DNA from: Candidatus Micrarchaeia archaeon
GTDB lineage: Archaea; Micrarchaeota; Micrarchaeia; Burarchaeales; JACRGF01
DNA: 64,000 nt
Direction of reading: 5' to 3'
Assembly: GCA_038890815.1 (NCBI GenBank)
Contig: JAWAFC010000007.1
Coordinates: forward strand, 8,370-72,369
Below are positions 40,965 through 51,022 of the stretch, piece by piece. The notes under the pieces are model-generated. The model had not been told where the DNA came from and did no database searches. It saw only the letters and a program-made list of their open reading frames with translations. Each line of letters starts with the position of its first letter. Within the stretch, counting starts at the first letter, position 1. The translations under genes were made by a program, and so were the position numbers.

Positions 40965-41421
40965 GTGCCTTTCTATAAACAACTTTCATTAAAAGGATTT
41001 GTTTTCCCCTCCATTCGAATGAGAGCGTTTCCCCATCTGCGGTCACAGTGAGCACATCTTCCTCGCACTCCACGGGTTCAAAATCGAACAGCTCGGCAAG
41101 CTCGCCAGCCATTTTGCCCGCCAATATCGCACCCTCTGCGCTGACCTTCTTCCCCTTTCCGCTCAGCCCAACGATTTCAATCTCGGGATGGAGCCACCTC
41201 CACACGCGCCCGGTGCTCATGAAAACGAGCCTGCGAGGCTTTCCCCCCTCTTCGTACACTAACAGCGCGCGCGTTTTCCCCAGCTGTCTGGCCCTTTTCG
41301 CCACTTCCTCTATCCCCTTCCTCCCTCTATTTTCGTGAATGGAGTTCGGCAGAATGCTCGCGAGTAGCTTGCAGAAGCGCCTTGTTTCGATAGAGGGGTT
41401 CCGGCTTGTGGTGATGTACAT
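40954..41421 (-). CDS. Brix-domain ribosome biogenesis protein
   Basis: MYITTSRNPS..TRRF...NRGRK; position. Confidence 0.88.
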   Translation of the reverse strand: MYITTSRNPSIETRRFCKLLASILPNSIHENRGRKGIEEVAKRARQLGKTRALLVYEEGGKPRRLVFMSTGRVWRWLHPEIEIVGLSGKGKKVSAEGAILAGKMAGELAELFDFEPVECEEDVLTVTADGETLSFEWRGKQILLMKVVYRKAHGV

Positions 41422-41434
41422 AGAGAGTGAACGG

Positions 41435-41566
41435 CTAGTCAGTTTTGACTTCCTTCGCAATCGGCGGGCGGGTCTTGAACAGCACACGGCAGGCGCAGTA
41501 AGGGCAGCGCACGAAGTTTGGGTCGAGCTCCTTGACTTCCTTCTTGCATTTCCAGCAGCGGTACAT
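41435..41566 (-). CDS. rpoP: RNA polymerase subunit Rpo12 (P)
   Basis: MYRCWKC...VRCPYCACRVLFKTRPP. Confidence 0.95.
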   Translation of the reverse strand: MYRCWKCKKEVKELDPNFVRCPYCACRVLFKTRPPIAKEVKTD

Positions 41567-41574
41567 CCCACCAC

Positions 41575-41817
41575 CTACTTCTTGGGCGCCTGCTCTTCGA
41601 TCAGGCGCCGCGCGGCCTCGCCAACAGGCGTGCTCGCGGCGTAGGCTCCGCCGGCAAATCTCGTTCCGCATGCCCTGCATTCCCATATGGCGTAGCCCTG
41701 CCTGCGCACCTTCTTTTTCCCACAGGTTGGGCAGACATAGCGCGCCCGCTTTGCAGCGTTGGCAGCGGCCGCAAGTTTTCTTATCTCAGCGCCGAAACGA
41801 ACGTGAGCCTTGGCCAT
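41575..41817 (-). CDS. rpl37ae: 50S ribosomal protein L37Ae
   Basis: RFGA.IRK, CPTCG, IWECRACG.RFAGGAY. Confidence 0.95.
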   Translation of the reverse strand: MAKAHVRFGAEIRKLAAAANAAKRARYVCPTCGKKKVRRQGYAIWECRACGTRFAGGAYAASTPVGEAARRLIEEQAPKK

Positions 41818-41847
41818 GTCATCATCTTTCGCAGACTATTATTAAAT

Positions 41848-42618
41848 TTATATCAGCGCGCGGAGCTCGTTGCCCTTGGCAAGCGCCAGATCGAACAGGT
41901 AGTCCAGCTCGGCCCGTGTGAACCCGCCCTTCCCTCCCTTCTGTATGGCACACACGCTTTTCTCCGTTGTCGCTATGGTGATGCGACCGTCCATGGCCGT
42001 CTCTTCATCGAGGTTTGGATCCAGCAGCAGCGCATTGCCGATTTTGGCAAAAGTCGTAGTGACGACCTTGTTACCGAGCTTGAGCTCCCCGCTGTACTCC
42101 CCCCGCACAATCTCTCCTCCCTCGATCTTTGGAAATTTCGTGTTGGCAAGCGCAGCCATGGCAGCGAGCGCGCTTGCATCGATGAAATTCCCATCATGGT
42201 CGAGCACATACAGGTCGATGTAAAGCGCGAGCACTTTCCCCTCATCCAGGTAAAAAGACTTAAGGTCGATGACATTGGCACTTCTTATCCCCCTATCCAC
42301 CACCCGCGCGAGCTCGATGCTCCTCTCATCTGGGGGGCCGGGCTCGAACGTCGGCGAGGCGAGGGGGAGCAGCTCGCTGTTCGTCGACAGCACGCCCTCA
42401 TCGGGCCTGTCCTTAAATGGCGTGGTGACATCGAACTTTATTCCCGCCAGCACCTGTGTTTTTCCCCATTTCACTCTCGCGGAGCCTTCTGTGGAGGTCA
42501 GCACGCCCTTCTCCACTGTGATGGGCCTGAAAGCATCAAACGCCCTGTCATCCACGCGCTTTCCGGCTTTCACGAGGTCGCGCACATAGTCCTTTTTCAG
42601 TTCATCCAGTATCTCCAT
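41848..42618 (-). CDS. rrp42: Exosome complex component Rrp42
   Basis: EGSARV..G.TQV, FEPGPPDE..IELARVVDRGIR, DHDGN. Confidence 0.97.
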   Translation of the reverse strand: MEILDELKKDYVRDLVKAGKRVDDRAFDAFRPITVEKGVLTSTEGSARVKWGKTQVLAGIKFDVTTPFKDRPDEGVLSTNSELLPLASPTFEPGPPDERSIELARVVDRGIRSANVIDLKSFYLDEGKVLALYIDLYVLDHDGNFIDASALAAMAALANTKFPKIEGGEIVRGEYSGELKLGNKVVTTTFAKIGNALLLDPNLDEETAMDGRITIATTEKSVCAIQKGGKGGFTRAELDYLFDLALAKGNELRALI

Positions 42619-43334
42619 CAGATCACTCTCTCATAAACACGCTTGAGCGCAGCGACCTGGAGGCTATTGATATATTTGGCCGCGGCCATTCCCATGTCGA
42701 TGGCTTTCGTGAGCTCCTCTTTTGTCATCTCGCCATCCATCTGCAGCAGCAGCACCTCGTTGTTGCGCGCTGCAATCGCCATGGGCACATCGGCCTCGCC
42801 ATAGTTGTCCTCCATTTTGTTGCAGTCTATGACGATCTGCCCATCTATCTTCCCAGCGGCTACCGCCGCCACCATATCCTTCATCGGGATGCCGGCGTTG
42901 GCGAGCGCCACACTCGCCGCAGTTATGCCCGCACACCGCGTGCCGCCATCGGCCTGCAGCACCTCGATGAAGATGTTTATCTCGGTTTTCGGAAAATGCT
43001 CCGTCATGATGACGTTTTCGAAAACTTCGCGGATGACCTTTGATAGCTCGGTGCTGCGCCTGTTTGGTCCCGGCTTGCCGTGCTCCTCGAGGGAGGCGAA
43101 CGGGCTCATCATATATCTGCATCTCACTACAGCTCTATATGGATTCGTCTCGTGCCTGGGCACGCACTCCTTAGGCCCATACACAGCTGCCAGCACCTTG
43201 TTGGTCCCCCACTCAATGTAGCACGAGCCTTCGGCCTTGTGCAGCACGCCCGCCTCTATCTTCAATGGCCTGAGCTCGTCCGGCTTCCGCCCATCAACGC
43301 GCCTTCCATCAACGATGAGCTTTGGCTTTTCCAT
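42618..43334 (-). CDS. rrp41: Exosome complex exonuclease Rrp41
   Basis: RVDGRKPDELRP, VYGP, QADGGTR, EDNYGEADVP. Confidence 0.97.
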   Translation of the reverse strand: MEKPKLIVDGRRVDGRKPDELRPLKIEAGVLHKAEGSCYIEWGTNKVLAAVYGPKECVPRHETNPYRAVVRCRYMMSPFASLEEHGKPGPNRRSTELSKVIREVFENVIMTEHFPKTEINIFIEVLQADGGTRCAGITAASVALANAGIPMKDMVAAVAAGKIDGQIVIDCNKMEDNYGEADVPMAIAARNNEVLLLQMDGEMTKEELTKAIDMGMAAAKYINSLQVAALKRVYERVI

Positions 43335-43950
43335 GCATCTCACCCTCTTGCCTCAGAAACTCGGCCATTCTGTCGGTGAGTCCTTTCGTGTGCGCTTCCT
43401 TCTCTATTTTTAGGAGCGCTTGAGTGGCAAGCGATGTGTTGCCCCCCTTTATCCACGCGCGTCCGTTATTTCCGATAATAATCTCGCTCTTCGTCGCCTC
43501 ACGGATGAGGTTGAGCATTGAGCGCTTCCTCCCTATCACCCTCGGCACCTTGGCCGCGGTGATCTCAACAATCTCCCCCCCGACAAGTTTTCTGGCCTCG
43601 ACCAGCTGCACGTTATTGACCTCATCCACCCCTTTCACGCGCGCTACGATGACATCCCCAAGTCGGAACTCGTCTCGCGTCTCCTTCGTGGACAGGAAGC
43701 CGCGGTAGGCGCTCTTGATCTCCACGGTATAGCCCGCGAACTTCACTTCCTCCACAACGCCCACCACAATGTCATCGATGGCAGGGATGTACGGTCCACA
43801 CAGGGGCACGAGCCGTAGCTCCTCCTCATTAAACAGCGCGAGGATGCTCGAGTAGGTCTTGCCTCCCTCAACGTATGCGCCTGGGATATATTTGGGCGCG
43901 TCGAATAGCTTCTCGCCCGGCACGACTATTTTGGCGACGAGTTCAGCCAA
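43309..43950 (-). CDS. rrp4: Exosome RNA-binding protein Rrp4
   Basis: IVVPGE, S1 domain, KVPRVIGRKRSM KH, EAHTKGLTDR. Confidence 0.96.
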   Translation of the reverse strand: MAELVAKIVVPGEKLFDAPKYIPGAYVEGGKTYSSILALFNEEELRLVPLCGPYIPAIDDIVVGVVEEVKFAGYTVEIKSAYRGFLSTKETRDEFRLGDVIVARVKGVDEVNNVQLVEARKLVGGEIVEITAAKVPRVIGRKRSMLNLIREATKSEIIIGNNGRAWIKGGNTSLATQALLKIEKEAHTKGLTDRMAEFLRQEGEMHGKAKAHR

Positions 43951-43962
43951 ACGATCACCTTT

Positions 43963-44655
43963 TCATTTCACCACTTTTGTTTCGGCCCGCCCGCCCGTCA
44001 GCTTGTTTATCCTGTCATAAAACTCCCCTTGCACGCCTGCCGGCATTTCGAGCAGAGCGATGAGGTCGCCGCTCGGTTGCCACTCCTCCTTCTGCAGTCC
44101 GTATGCCTTGAGCATGCCGTATGCTTTCTGAGCGAACTCGGCTGGCACCTTCACCGCAATGCGCGTTTTCTCGAACCGCAGGGGCAGGACGAGGCGCAAT
44201 GCCTTCAGCACTTCCTCGACCTGTGCCTCTGCGTCCTTGAACGGGTCGATGCGCACGCGCGCCTCCTCCATCGCTTTCTCTATCCTATGGGGAGGGTGTG
44301 GCGCGCCCGTGCGCGGATCGATGCACTCCCGCGCGAGTATCGCAACGATTTTTTTCCTCTTCTCCTCCAGCATTTCCCTTCTCTGCTCGGTGGTCAGCTG
44401 AAGCTCGCCCTTTTTGAGGATCACCTCCGCGATCTTGTAGATGTCGGTGGTGCCAAACGCCTTTTTCACCTCCTCGGCTTTGTGCCTCTCCCCCTTTCTC
44501 GCATTCTCGAACACTTCCTCAGCAACGAGCACGTTGGTCAGATCGGGCTTCCTCCCCGTCCTGTAGAGGAAGGCGAGGTTTGGGTCCACGAGGAGCTCAA
44601 ACCTCTTCCCATGGTGCTCGATGTGGGCCACCACGGCCCCCTCGAGAGTTGTCAT
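43963..44655 (-). CDS. Ribosome maturation factor SBDS/Sdo1
   Basis: [34 protein letters not shown]. Confidence 0.96.
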   Translation of the reverse strand: MTTLEGAVVAHIEHHGKRFELLVDPNLAFLYRTGRKPDLTNVLVAEEVFENARKGERHKAEEVKKAFGTTDIYKIAEVILKKGELQLTTEQRREMLEEKRKKIVAILARECIDPRTGAPHPPHRIEKAMEEARVRIDPFKDAEAQVEEVLKALRLVLPLRFEKTRIAVKVPAEFAQKAYGMLKAYGLQKEEWQPSGDLIALLEMPAGVQGEFYDRINKLTGGRAETKVVK

Positions 44656-44690
44656 ACAGCCACTCAATCCGCGAAAATGCGTGAGCGGAA

Positions 44691-45404
44691 TCAAACCTTT
44701 GCGATGTATCTCGCGATCTCCTCGCCCGACAGCGCCGTGAATGCCTTTGTCTCCATTGTGGCAACCGAAATGTCAACTGTGTCGGGCCTCAGCTTCACAT
44801 CGCCGCTTTTCTTAAGTGCCTTGAGCGCGAGCATTATCCCCTCATCGATCTCCATCCCTTCCTTGTATTCCTTCTCAAAATACTCATCAACTTCCTTTTT
44901 CCCCGCACCTATGCTGTCGGCCTTGTAGCCCGTGAGCGCGCCGCTGGGCTCGGCCTCAAACAGGCGTGGCGCATCATCCACGCCAGCGATCAGCAGCGAC
45001 ACGCCGAACGGCCTTATCCCCCCATACTGCGTGTAAATCTGCATGAGGTCGGACAGGCTCTTGCCTATGTGCTCGACTGTCACGGGCTCGTTGTAGGCCA
45101 GGCGGTGCCTCTGGGCTTCAAGCCTCGCCGTATCCACGAGCCTTCGCGCGTCGGCCACGAGGCCGCTGGCAGTCGCCGCTATGTGCTTATCGATGGCGAA
45201 TATCTTTCGCATGCTCTCAGGCACGAGAAGGCGGGACAGCAAGCTCTTGTAGGCCACGAGGATGACGCCGTTCTGGCACACCAGGCCGATGGCCGTGGCT
45301 CCGCGTCTGACCGCCTCCTTGGCATACTCGACCTGAAACAGTCGGCCATCCGGCGAAAACACCGTTATTGCTCGGTCATATGCTTGAGGAGAAACAGGGT
45401 ACAA
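44691..45404 (-). CDS. psmA: Proteasome alpha subunit
   Basis: [31 protein letters not shown]. Confidence 0.98.
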   Translation of the reverse strand: MYPVSPQAYDRAITVFSPDGRLFQVEYAKEAVRRGATAIGLVCQNGVILVAYKSLLSRLLVPESMRKIFAIDKHIAATASGLVADARRLVDTARLEAQRHRLAYNEPVTVEHIGKSLSDLMQIYTQYGGIRPFGVSLLIAGVDDAPRLFEAEPSGALTGYKADSIGAGKKEVDEYFEKEYKEGMEIDEGIMLALKALKKSGDVKLRPDTVDISVATMETKAFTALSGEEIARYIAKV

Positions 45405-45511
45405 ACAAACCCCTCTCTCTATTTTTCTCTGCTACGCATCTGTTTTTGACATTCAGTTTTAAATAGATTGCTTCGCGCATTCGCGCTTAAGTTTTTATAC
45501 CAATTTCGCTA

Positions 45512-46630
45512 ATGAACTCTTGCATTATGGTTCCGCTTCCAGCGGAGAAAACAAAGGCACCCCAACCATCGGAGCGTAGGGAGCGCCGCTCCTGGTATGC
45601 GCGGTTTTTCGACTTTTTGCCTTCTGCGAAATTGCAATTCAAAACAGCTTGGCAAGAGGCGATACCAGACCTTGTGAACCTATACAACTCCTCCTGGATC
45701 AATCCTCAGGAGTTGGAAAAATTCCCGGAAGAGATGAGGCAGCGGGCAGAGTTGCTGCGCATCACGCGTGAGCAGCTTGCGAGTCAGCTCAAGCATTTCC
45801 CTGAAGGACAGATCGTGGGCATAGTGCGCCAGCAAGGCCAATTGAAATTAGCCACCATGCTCAATACGCTCGTCTGGCCCGTCGGCTCGATCGCAGACAT
45901 TCCGGGAAGCTACAGAGAGATAACCGCGGAGAGAACTTTTGCGGCGCATGTCCCGCCCGCCCGCATTCCTCCTGGAAAACAAGGCGTGCTTTTCTGCGTT
46001 TCCATCGCCGCGGGACCCGAGTTCCGTGGGCTGACATATGCTCAGCAGACTATCGAGCATGGGGTGAAGTTTGCCGAAAGGCGCGGCCTGCTGGCGGTTC
46101 CCTACTCAGCACCACGCGGGTTTGGCGTGTACAAGCTCGCACACCCGAATATGAGCATAGAGGAATATCTCCTTATCACTCGGCCGCCGAGAAGCAGCGA
46201 TGCCTATAGGGATTATTGCGCACACCTGAAGAGGCTGAACCACGCTCGCCGGAACCTCTTTCGCGCAACTTATCGGGGAGCACTGCGTCCGCTCAGCCAC
46301 GATGAGTGGCAGAAGGAGGCCTTCGCTGATGCCGGGAGTGAGCCGAGCCGAGAGGCATTCCTCTCTTTTCTTGAGAGGCGCGGTGTGTGGTTCGAAAAAA
46401 TGTACGGCAAACTGCCCACTGTGGTGGATTACATACGCCTGACAGGCAGACATCACATCGATCCGGTGATGAATTTTCACATCCAGAATGGCGCGGATTT
46501 CATCTACGATGGAAATGGTGACATAGCCTGCATTTTCGCCAACTCTCGACCAGAGGACATTTTTGCGGCTGGCTACAATATCTGCCTAACCTACTCGCCC
46601 AGCCCGCTCTTCAGGCCGAAAGGCGTGTGA
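45512..46630 (+). CDS. GNAT acetyltransferase-like protein (YkwB-like) with insertion
   Basis: QL..QL.HFPEGQ, PEFRGL, MSIEEYL, DPVMNFHIQNG match the pattern I recall for YkwB-type GNATs. Confidence 0.6.
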   Translation: MNSCIMVPLPAEKTKAPQPSERRERRSWYARFFDFLPSAKLQFKTAWQEAIPDLVNLYNSSWINPQELEKFPEEMRQRAELLRITREQLASQLKHFPEGQIVGIVRQQGQLKLATMLNTLVWPVGSIADIPGSYREITAERTFAAHVPPARIPPGKQGVLFCVSIAAGPEFRGLTYAQQTIEHGVKFAERRGLLAVPYSAPRGFGVYKLAHPNMSIEEYLLITRPPRSSDAYRDYCAHLKRLNHARRNLFRATYRGALRPLSHDEWQKEAFADAGSEPSREAFLSFLERRGVWFEKMYGKLPTVVDYIRLTGRHHIDPVMNFHIQNGADFIYDGNGDIACIFANSRPEDIFAAGYNICLTYSPSPLFRPKGV

Positions 46631-48609
46631 ATATGCCCGACAGATTGCTCATTCAGACAAGCGCGGGAAACTTCTTTGTCTCCCCACACGAGATCGTCAA
46701 GGTGGCTGTGGGCGAGGGGCGCTACGCCGAGAAATATGCCTATGACCTCAACGAGGGCGACATGGTGCTCGTTTCGAAAGAGTACATCAAGTTGCCCGTT
46801 ACGCTCGAGCAGGTGGATGCCATCCTGTACGACAACCTGCCGCGGTACAGGGACACCTTTGCCGTTCTGTTCGAGTTGAACAGGAATGGTGAGCGCATTC
46901 CCCGTCTGAGATGCGAGCTCATCAGGGGACTAGGGGCCAAGCAGATCGTGCGGGAAGAGAGGGCTAAAACGCTGAAGGAAGAGGGCGATTACGAGCCTGC
47001 CGAATATGCCGTGATGACCGACAAGATTAAGGAGTTCATCGGAGGAGCTAGAACACCCGAGACCATTCGAGCCTGGTTGCGGGGAGAAGTCATCGCGCCC
47101 AGCGAGGCCGAAATATTAGCCGCATTGAGCGCTGTCAATCCTGTATTCGAGGAAATGGCGCGCGATGGGAGCCCATTTGCCGAGAGCTATGCTGTGTATG
47201 TCACCATAAGGCGGGGAGTGATGAGATGCATCGCGCAGATAAAGGCTGCGGGCACCGGCCAGCCGAGCGCTCACCGTGAGCCCACAGGAAAGGTGCGCAT
47301 TAAGGATGCGCTGAGCATCGTGCGCAACCACTTCCTTTCCGACATAGACGAACAGATTGCGGCAGCAAGCATCGGGAAAATTACTGAGGTTAATGGAAAA
47401 GGTGAGAAATGCGCGCCAACGGGCGAGGGCGTTTTTCCCAAAAAGATCATCAGCGCTAAGCTGGAGCACACTCGGATGGAGGAAGTTTATGCGCTTTATC
47501 TGATTTCCAATGAGATGATGCAGAAGCTGATTGAGAAGTACTATAATGTGGATTTCATCACAGCAAATCTTATACTCTGCCTTTTGTGTGAGCGGCTCGG
47601 CATCAAGCATCCGGATTCGAATGAGTTCATAGAATTCTATAACCAGCTGCCTGAAAAAGCGCAGAGCACCTTTAAGGAGATTGCGGCCGACCTGATGGGC
47701 GAAATTGAAAGAGGCAGCGAGCTCGTGCCTGGTCAGCAAGCCCAGAACCTACTGAATGCGTTTGAGCGCTCGCTGAGAGTTTTACCGAAGCTCTACTTCA
47801 CATCCCACGAGGTGTTTAGAGATTGGGCAAGGGCGAAATTCACCGGACAAGCCGACAGGAAAGAAAGAAAGGAGCTTGAAAGAAAGCTCGAGAAAATTGA
47901 AGACAAACTAAAGAGAAAATACAACATTGACAAGAATTACTCGAAGAAGCTGCTTTTGGAGGCCTATCGCGGTCTCAGGCGTATCATGCTCATGATGGGG
48001 ATACCGTTGGTGATGGACCCCTATCGGTATAAAGAAGAGGCCGAAAAGATAGGCATGAAATTCTTTACCCGCGACGAAGCGGCCGCGATCGCGAGAAAAT
48101 TCGGTATAGAGTGGTTCATCCCGCTCATAGAAAAAAACTTTCTTTCAGAAGAGCCTTTCCTGCTTGCAGGGTTCAGGGAGAGAAATAAGGCTAACGAGGA
48201 AGCAGCCGCCAAACTTTCCGCAGTTGATGCGTTGGAGAGAAGGCAAGCCATCGAGGCGCTTGTGAGAAAAGGGGAGGCATGTTATCATGTGCTCACCACC
48301 ATAGCGCTCTCGCCGCGCGTGCCGGATGACACCCTCAACAGCATTCTTGATGTTTTCGCGAGCGTGGCGAGCCCGCGCTGCTTGGAGGCGCTCATATTGC
48401 TTGAGAGAAAGCATAGGCCCGAGAAGACAAGAGACAAAATAGCCGAGGTTTTCGGGCGCATTGCCAGTAACGAGAAAAACCATCCGCTCATCCGCCAGTT
48501 GGCACAGAACTTTTTTGAGCATGCCACAAGGCATTCGAAGGTGATTGAGCTTCCGGCGCGCTCCCTCCAGCCCGCCACAAACAAAAAGCCGACGCCTATC
48601 CCCCGCTAG
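46627..48609 (+). CDS. Hypothetical protein (660 aa)
   Basis: Long ORF coupled to the upstream gene (GTGA overlap); helical; HEAT-like near the C-terminus. Confidence 0.8.
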   Translation: MNMPDRLLIQTSAGNFFVSPHEIVKVAVGEGRYAEKYAYDLNEGDMVLVSKEYIKLPVTLEQVDAILYDNLPRYRDTFAVLFELNRNGERIPRLRCELIRGLGAKQIVREERAKTLKEEGDYEPAEYAVMTDKIKEFIGGARTPETIRAWLRGEVIAPSEAEILAALSAVNPVFEEMARDGSPFAESYAVYVTIRRGVMRCIAQIKAAGTGQPSAHREPTGKVRIKDALSIVRNHFLSDIDEQIAAASIGKITEVNGKGEKCAPTGEGVFPKKIISAKLEHTRMEEVYALYLISNEMMQKLIEKYYNVDFITANLILCLLCERLGIKHPDSNEFIEFYNQLPEKAQSTFKEIAADLMGEIERGSELVPGQQAQNLLNAFERSLRVLPKLYFTSHEVFRDWARAKFTGQADRKERKELERKLEKIEDKLKRKYNIDKNYSKKLLLEAYRGLRRIMLMMGIPLVMDPYRYKEEAEKIGMKFFTRDEAAAIARKFGIEWFIPLIEKNFLSEEPFLLAGFRERNKANEEAAAKLSAVDALERRQAIEALVRKGEACYHVLTTIALSPRVPDDTLNSILDVFASVASPRCLEALILLERKHRPEKTRDKIAEVFGRIASNEKNHPLIRQLAQNFFEHATRHSKVIELPARSLQPATNKKPTPIPR

Positions 48610-48934
48610 CGAGTTTTGCCCTCAGCTTTCTGAGCGTGCCCGAGACGGCCAGCGTGCGCAGCGCGGCCCTCTTTTTGCCTATCTCATCGAGAAGAAAAAG
48701 TGCGGCCCTCACTGATAGCACCTCGGCGGCATTGCACTGCAGCACGCATATGCCCCTCTTTGCATCGAACTCGACAAAGCGCACGCCTGCCCTCGCAACC
48801 CCCAACTGACCGAGGAAGGCGAGCGCGGCGCGTTCCACGGCCTCGCTCACTTCCCTCTCGCTCACCTCGCCCTCGCTGGCGACCTCGAGCGCGAGCCACC
48901 GGTCCTTTTCCCTCATCGTCGGTTTGAGTGCCAT
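48596..48934 (-). CDS. rnp2: RNase P protein component Pop5/Rpp14
   Basis: PTMREKDRW, FLGQLG, LAVSGTLRK. Confidence 0.93.
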   Translation of the reverse strand: MALKPTMREKDRWLALEVASEGEVSEREVSEAVERAALAFLGQLGVARAGVRFVEFDAKRGICVLQCNAAEVLSVRAALFLLDEIGKKRAALRTLAVSGTLRKLRAKLASGG

Positions 48935-49470
48935 CACACCCCCTCCAACACAGCGCGCGGCTCGGCGCTCAGCGCGCAGAGCGCCTGGCTTCGGCTTACA
49001 CCGAGCGCCACTTCGGCAAATGCGGCGATGTCGAGCGGCCTCCTCATCTCGAACTCGTTCCTTGCTCTGCTGGTGATGACATAACTCGCGCCGAACTTGA
49101 TGCAGAGCTTTAGGAAAAAGGCCATCCTCGCGATAACCTTCGCCCTCTCGCTCCCTTTTGCCGCGAGCACAAAGGCGATCGGGATTTCAAATGGCTTTTC
49201 CTCCTCGGCAGCCTTTCTGAGCATGCCCGTATCCGGAACAAAATTCGTCGAGCACAGCACATCGAACCTGCGCGCGCCCTGCGCCAGCGCCGCGGGGTCG
49301 GGCGAGGAGAGGATGTTCACCTTGCCCTTCTCGGGTTTTATCCTGCCGAGCTCGCCAGCCCTCCTCACAAACCGCTCGAGCACTTCAGCTCCTTCGGCGC
49401 ACACCCTCGCGTATCCGAACCTCTCGGGCTTCTCGCATCTGAAACGCGCGTGCAGGTCGATGAACTCCAT
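48934..49470 (-). CDS. rnp3: RNase P protein component Rpp30 (short)
   Basis: FIDLH, YVITSRA...EMRRP.D; position between rpl15e and rnp2. Confidence 0.85.
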   Translation of the reverse strand: MEFIDLHARFRCEKPERFGYARVCAEGAEVLERFVRRAGELGRIKPEKGKVNILSSPDPAALAQGARRFDVLCSTNFVPDTGMLRKAAEEEKPFEIPIAFVLAAKGSERAKVIARMAFFLKLCIKFGASYVITSRARNEFEMRRPLDIAAFAEVALGVSRSQALCALSAEPRAVLEGV

Positions 49471-49536
49471 ACAGAGAATTTGGGCAGAACATTTATATAT
49501 CGGAAGCAGACAAAAAATAACCGCTGGTGGTGTGTG

Positions 49537-50022
49537 GTGCGTGGCGGGCATGCCAACGTGAGGGGCAACAGAGAGCAGAGCGACACCCCTGCTGAGAGCA
49601 CGATCAGAGGCCGCGATCCGGTTTCAAAGCGTGGCTCAAGCGCAGGGGCTTCGGGCGCATTCGTCTCACAGCGTCCACTTGTGGATGCCGCTGAGAAAAA
49701 ATCGCTTCTCGTTGTTTATACCGATGGCGAGCCGGAGAAAAAGGATGCATACTTCATGCTAGCTTTCAAACACGGCGCCATCACCCTCGCCAAGCCGGAG
49801 GCCGCGCTACGGCAGGCGGAGCTTATGAGCTTTGGCATCATCATTTTTGACAACTGCCCGCTTGAAGCTGAGTACATCGTGGAGGAGCTTCGCAAAAATG
49901 GGAGATGGAAATTCATCTCGGTGGACAGCCGGGTTGCCGATGCCTTCAAAGAGCTCGGAGAGGATTGGATCTGCGTGAATTCGCACGAGCTGCTTGAGGA
50001 AGCGCTCAATAGACTTAAGTGA
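49537..50022 (+). CDS. Hypothetical protein with degenerate receiver (CheY-like) domain
   Basis: LLVVYTD ... FGIIIFD ... KFISV beta-strand pattern; start uncertain. Confidence 0.55.
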   Translation: MRGGHANVRGNREQSDTPAESTIRGRDPVSKRGSSAGASGAFVSQRPLVDAAEKKSLLVVYTDGEPEKKDAYFMLAFKHGAITLAKPEAALRQAELMSFGIIIFDNCPLEAEYIVEELRKNGRWKFISVDSRVADAFKELGEDWICVNSHELLEEALNRLK

Positions 50023-50026
50023 GAAA

Positions 50027-50458
50027 ATGCACGGCGAGAAAAATGCACGGGCGCAAAGGGAGCAGCACGGCACGCGCATCCGCGGCAAACAGCCCATGGC
50101 TGAGAGCATTCAGGAAAAACCGTTCGGCCATGCGCGCGTGCTCGTGGTATTCAGAAATAAGGAGGTGCTCAAGAAAAATCATAAAGAATACAAAAGGCTC
50201 AAGGAAAAAGTTGGCTCACTCCAGTTCGCAACCCTTGAGGAAGCCCGCCTGGGGAGCGCGAATGTCATTGTGTATGATGGCGTCATGGCCAGCTCCGCCA
50301 TGCCTGCCGTGCTGGAGCAGATAGCAAGGCTGCGCGCCGAAGCTCCGGAGACAAAAATAATTGTTATCGGAAGCGGCCTCTCGGAGGCCGTGGGGAATGG
50401 CGGCGCCATTGTGAAAAACCGGAAAGACATCGAGCACGCGCTCGCTGAGCTGTGCTAG
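50027..50458 (+). CDS. Hypothetical protein with degenerate receiver (CheY-like) domain
   Basis: RVLVV ... NVIVYD ... LRAEAPETKIIVIGS. Confidence 0.6.
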   Translation: MHGEKNARAQREQHGTRIRGKQPMAESIQEKPFGHARVLVVFRNKEVLKKNHKEYKRLKEKVGSLQFATLEEARLGSANVIVYDGVMASSAMPAVLEQIARLRAEAPETKIIVIGSGLSEAVGNGGAIVKNRKDIEHALAELC

Positions 50459-50937
50459 AGCAGTCCCCTTGCCTTCCTGCCGGCTGCGGTAAGCCCTCTG
50501 AAAGCCCTCCCTTTCTGAAGAGGCAGGCCCGTTGCCTTTGGGTCTGCAAGGATCACTTCGAAATAGTCATTGCTTCCGTCTCCGCCAACCCAGTAAGAAT
50601 TGAGCACCTCAAGATTCCTGTATGCCCTCGCGGCTCTTTGCTCGGCGATGGCCTGGTTGCTGAGCTTGGGTGAGAAAAACCTCCCATACCTTGATGGTTT
50701 CCTTCCCTTTCGTGGCTTTTCCCTCTTCCTTCTCCCCTTGAGCACGCGTACCCTCACCACAACAAATCCTTTCTTTGCCTTGTAGCCGAGCTCCCTCGCC
50801 CGCGCTATATTCAGTGGCCGCTCAACCCTCACGAGCGTGGGGCCTTTGTTCCACGCCGCAATGCGCTTCTTGTACTCCGGAGAACGAGCAGCATACTCTC
50901 GCTGGAAAGCCTCCTTCATGTATTTGTAAAAACCCAT
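50455..50937 (-). CDS. rpl15e: 50S ribosomal protein L15e (C-terminally short)
   Basis: ARELGYKAKKG, IAEQRA, NLEVLNSYWVG, FEVILADP, GRAFRGLT.AG. Confidence 0.97.
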   Translation of the reverse strand: MGFYKYMKEAFQREYAARSPEYKKRIAAWNKGPTLVRVERPLNIARARELGYKAKKGFVVVRVRVLKGRRKREKPRKGRKPSRYGRFFSPKLSNQAIAEQRAARAYRNLEVLNSYWVGGDGSNDYFEVILADPKATGLPLQKGRAFRGLTAAGRKARGLL

Positions 50938-51022
50938 CCGCTCACCCGCTCGTTCAGGCTGCAGAACGCAGTCTCCTACATTCGAGCGCATTCTTTCAAT
51001 CGGACAAATTATATTAAGATAA

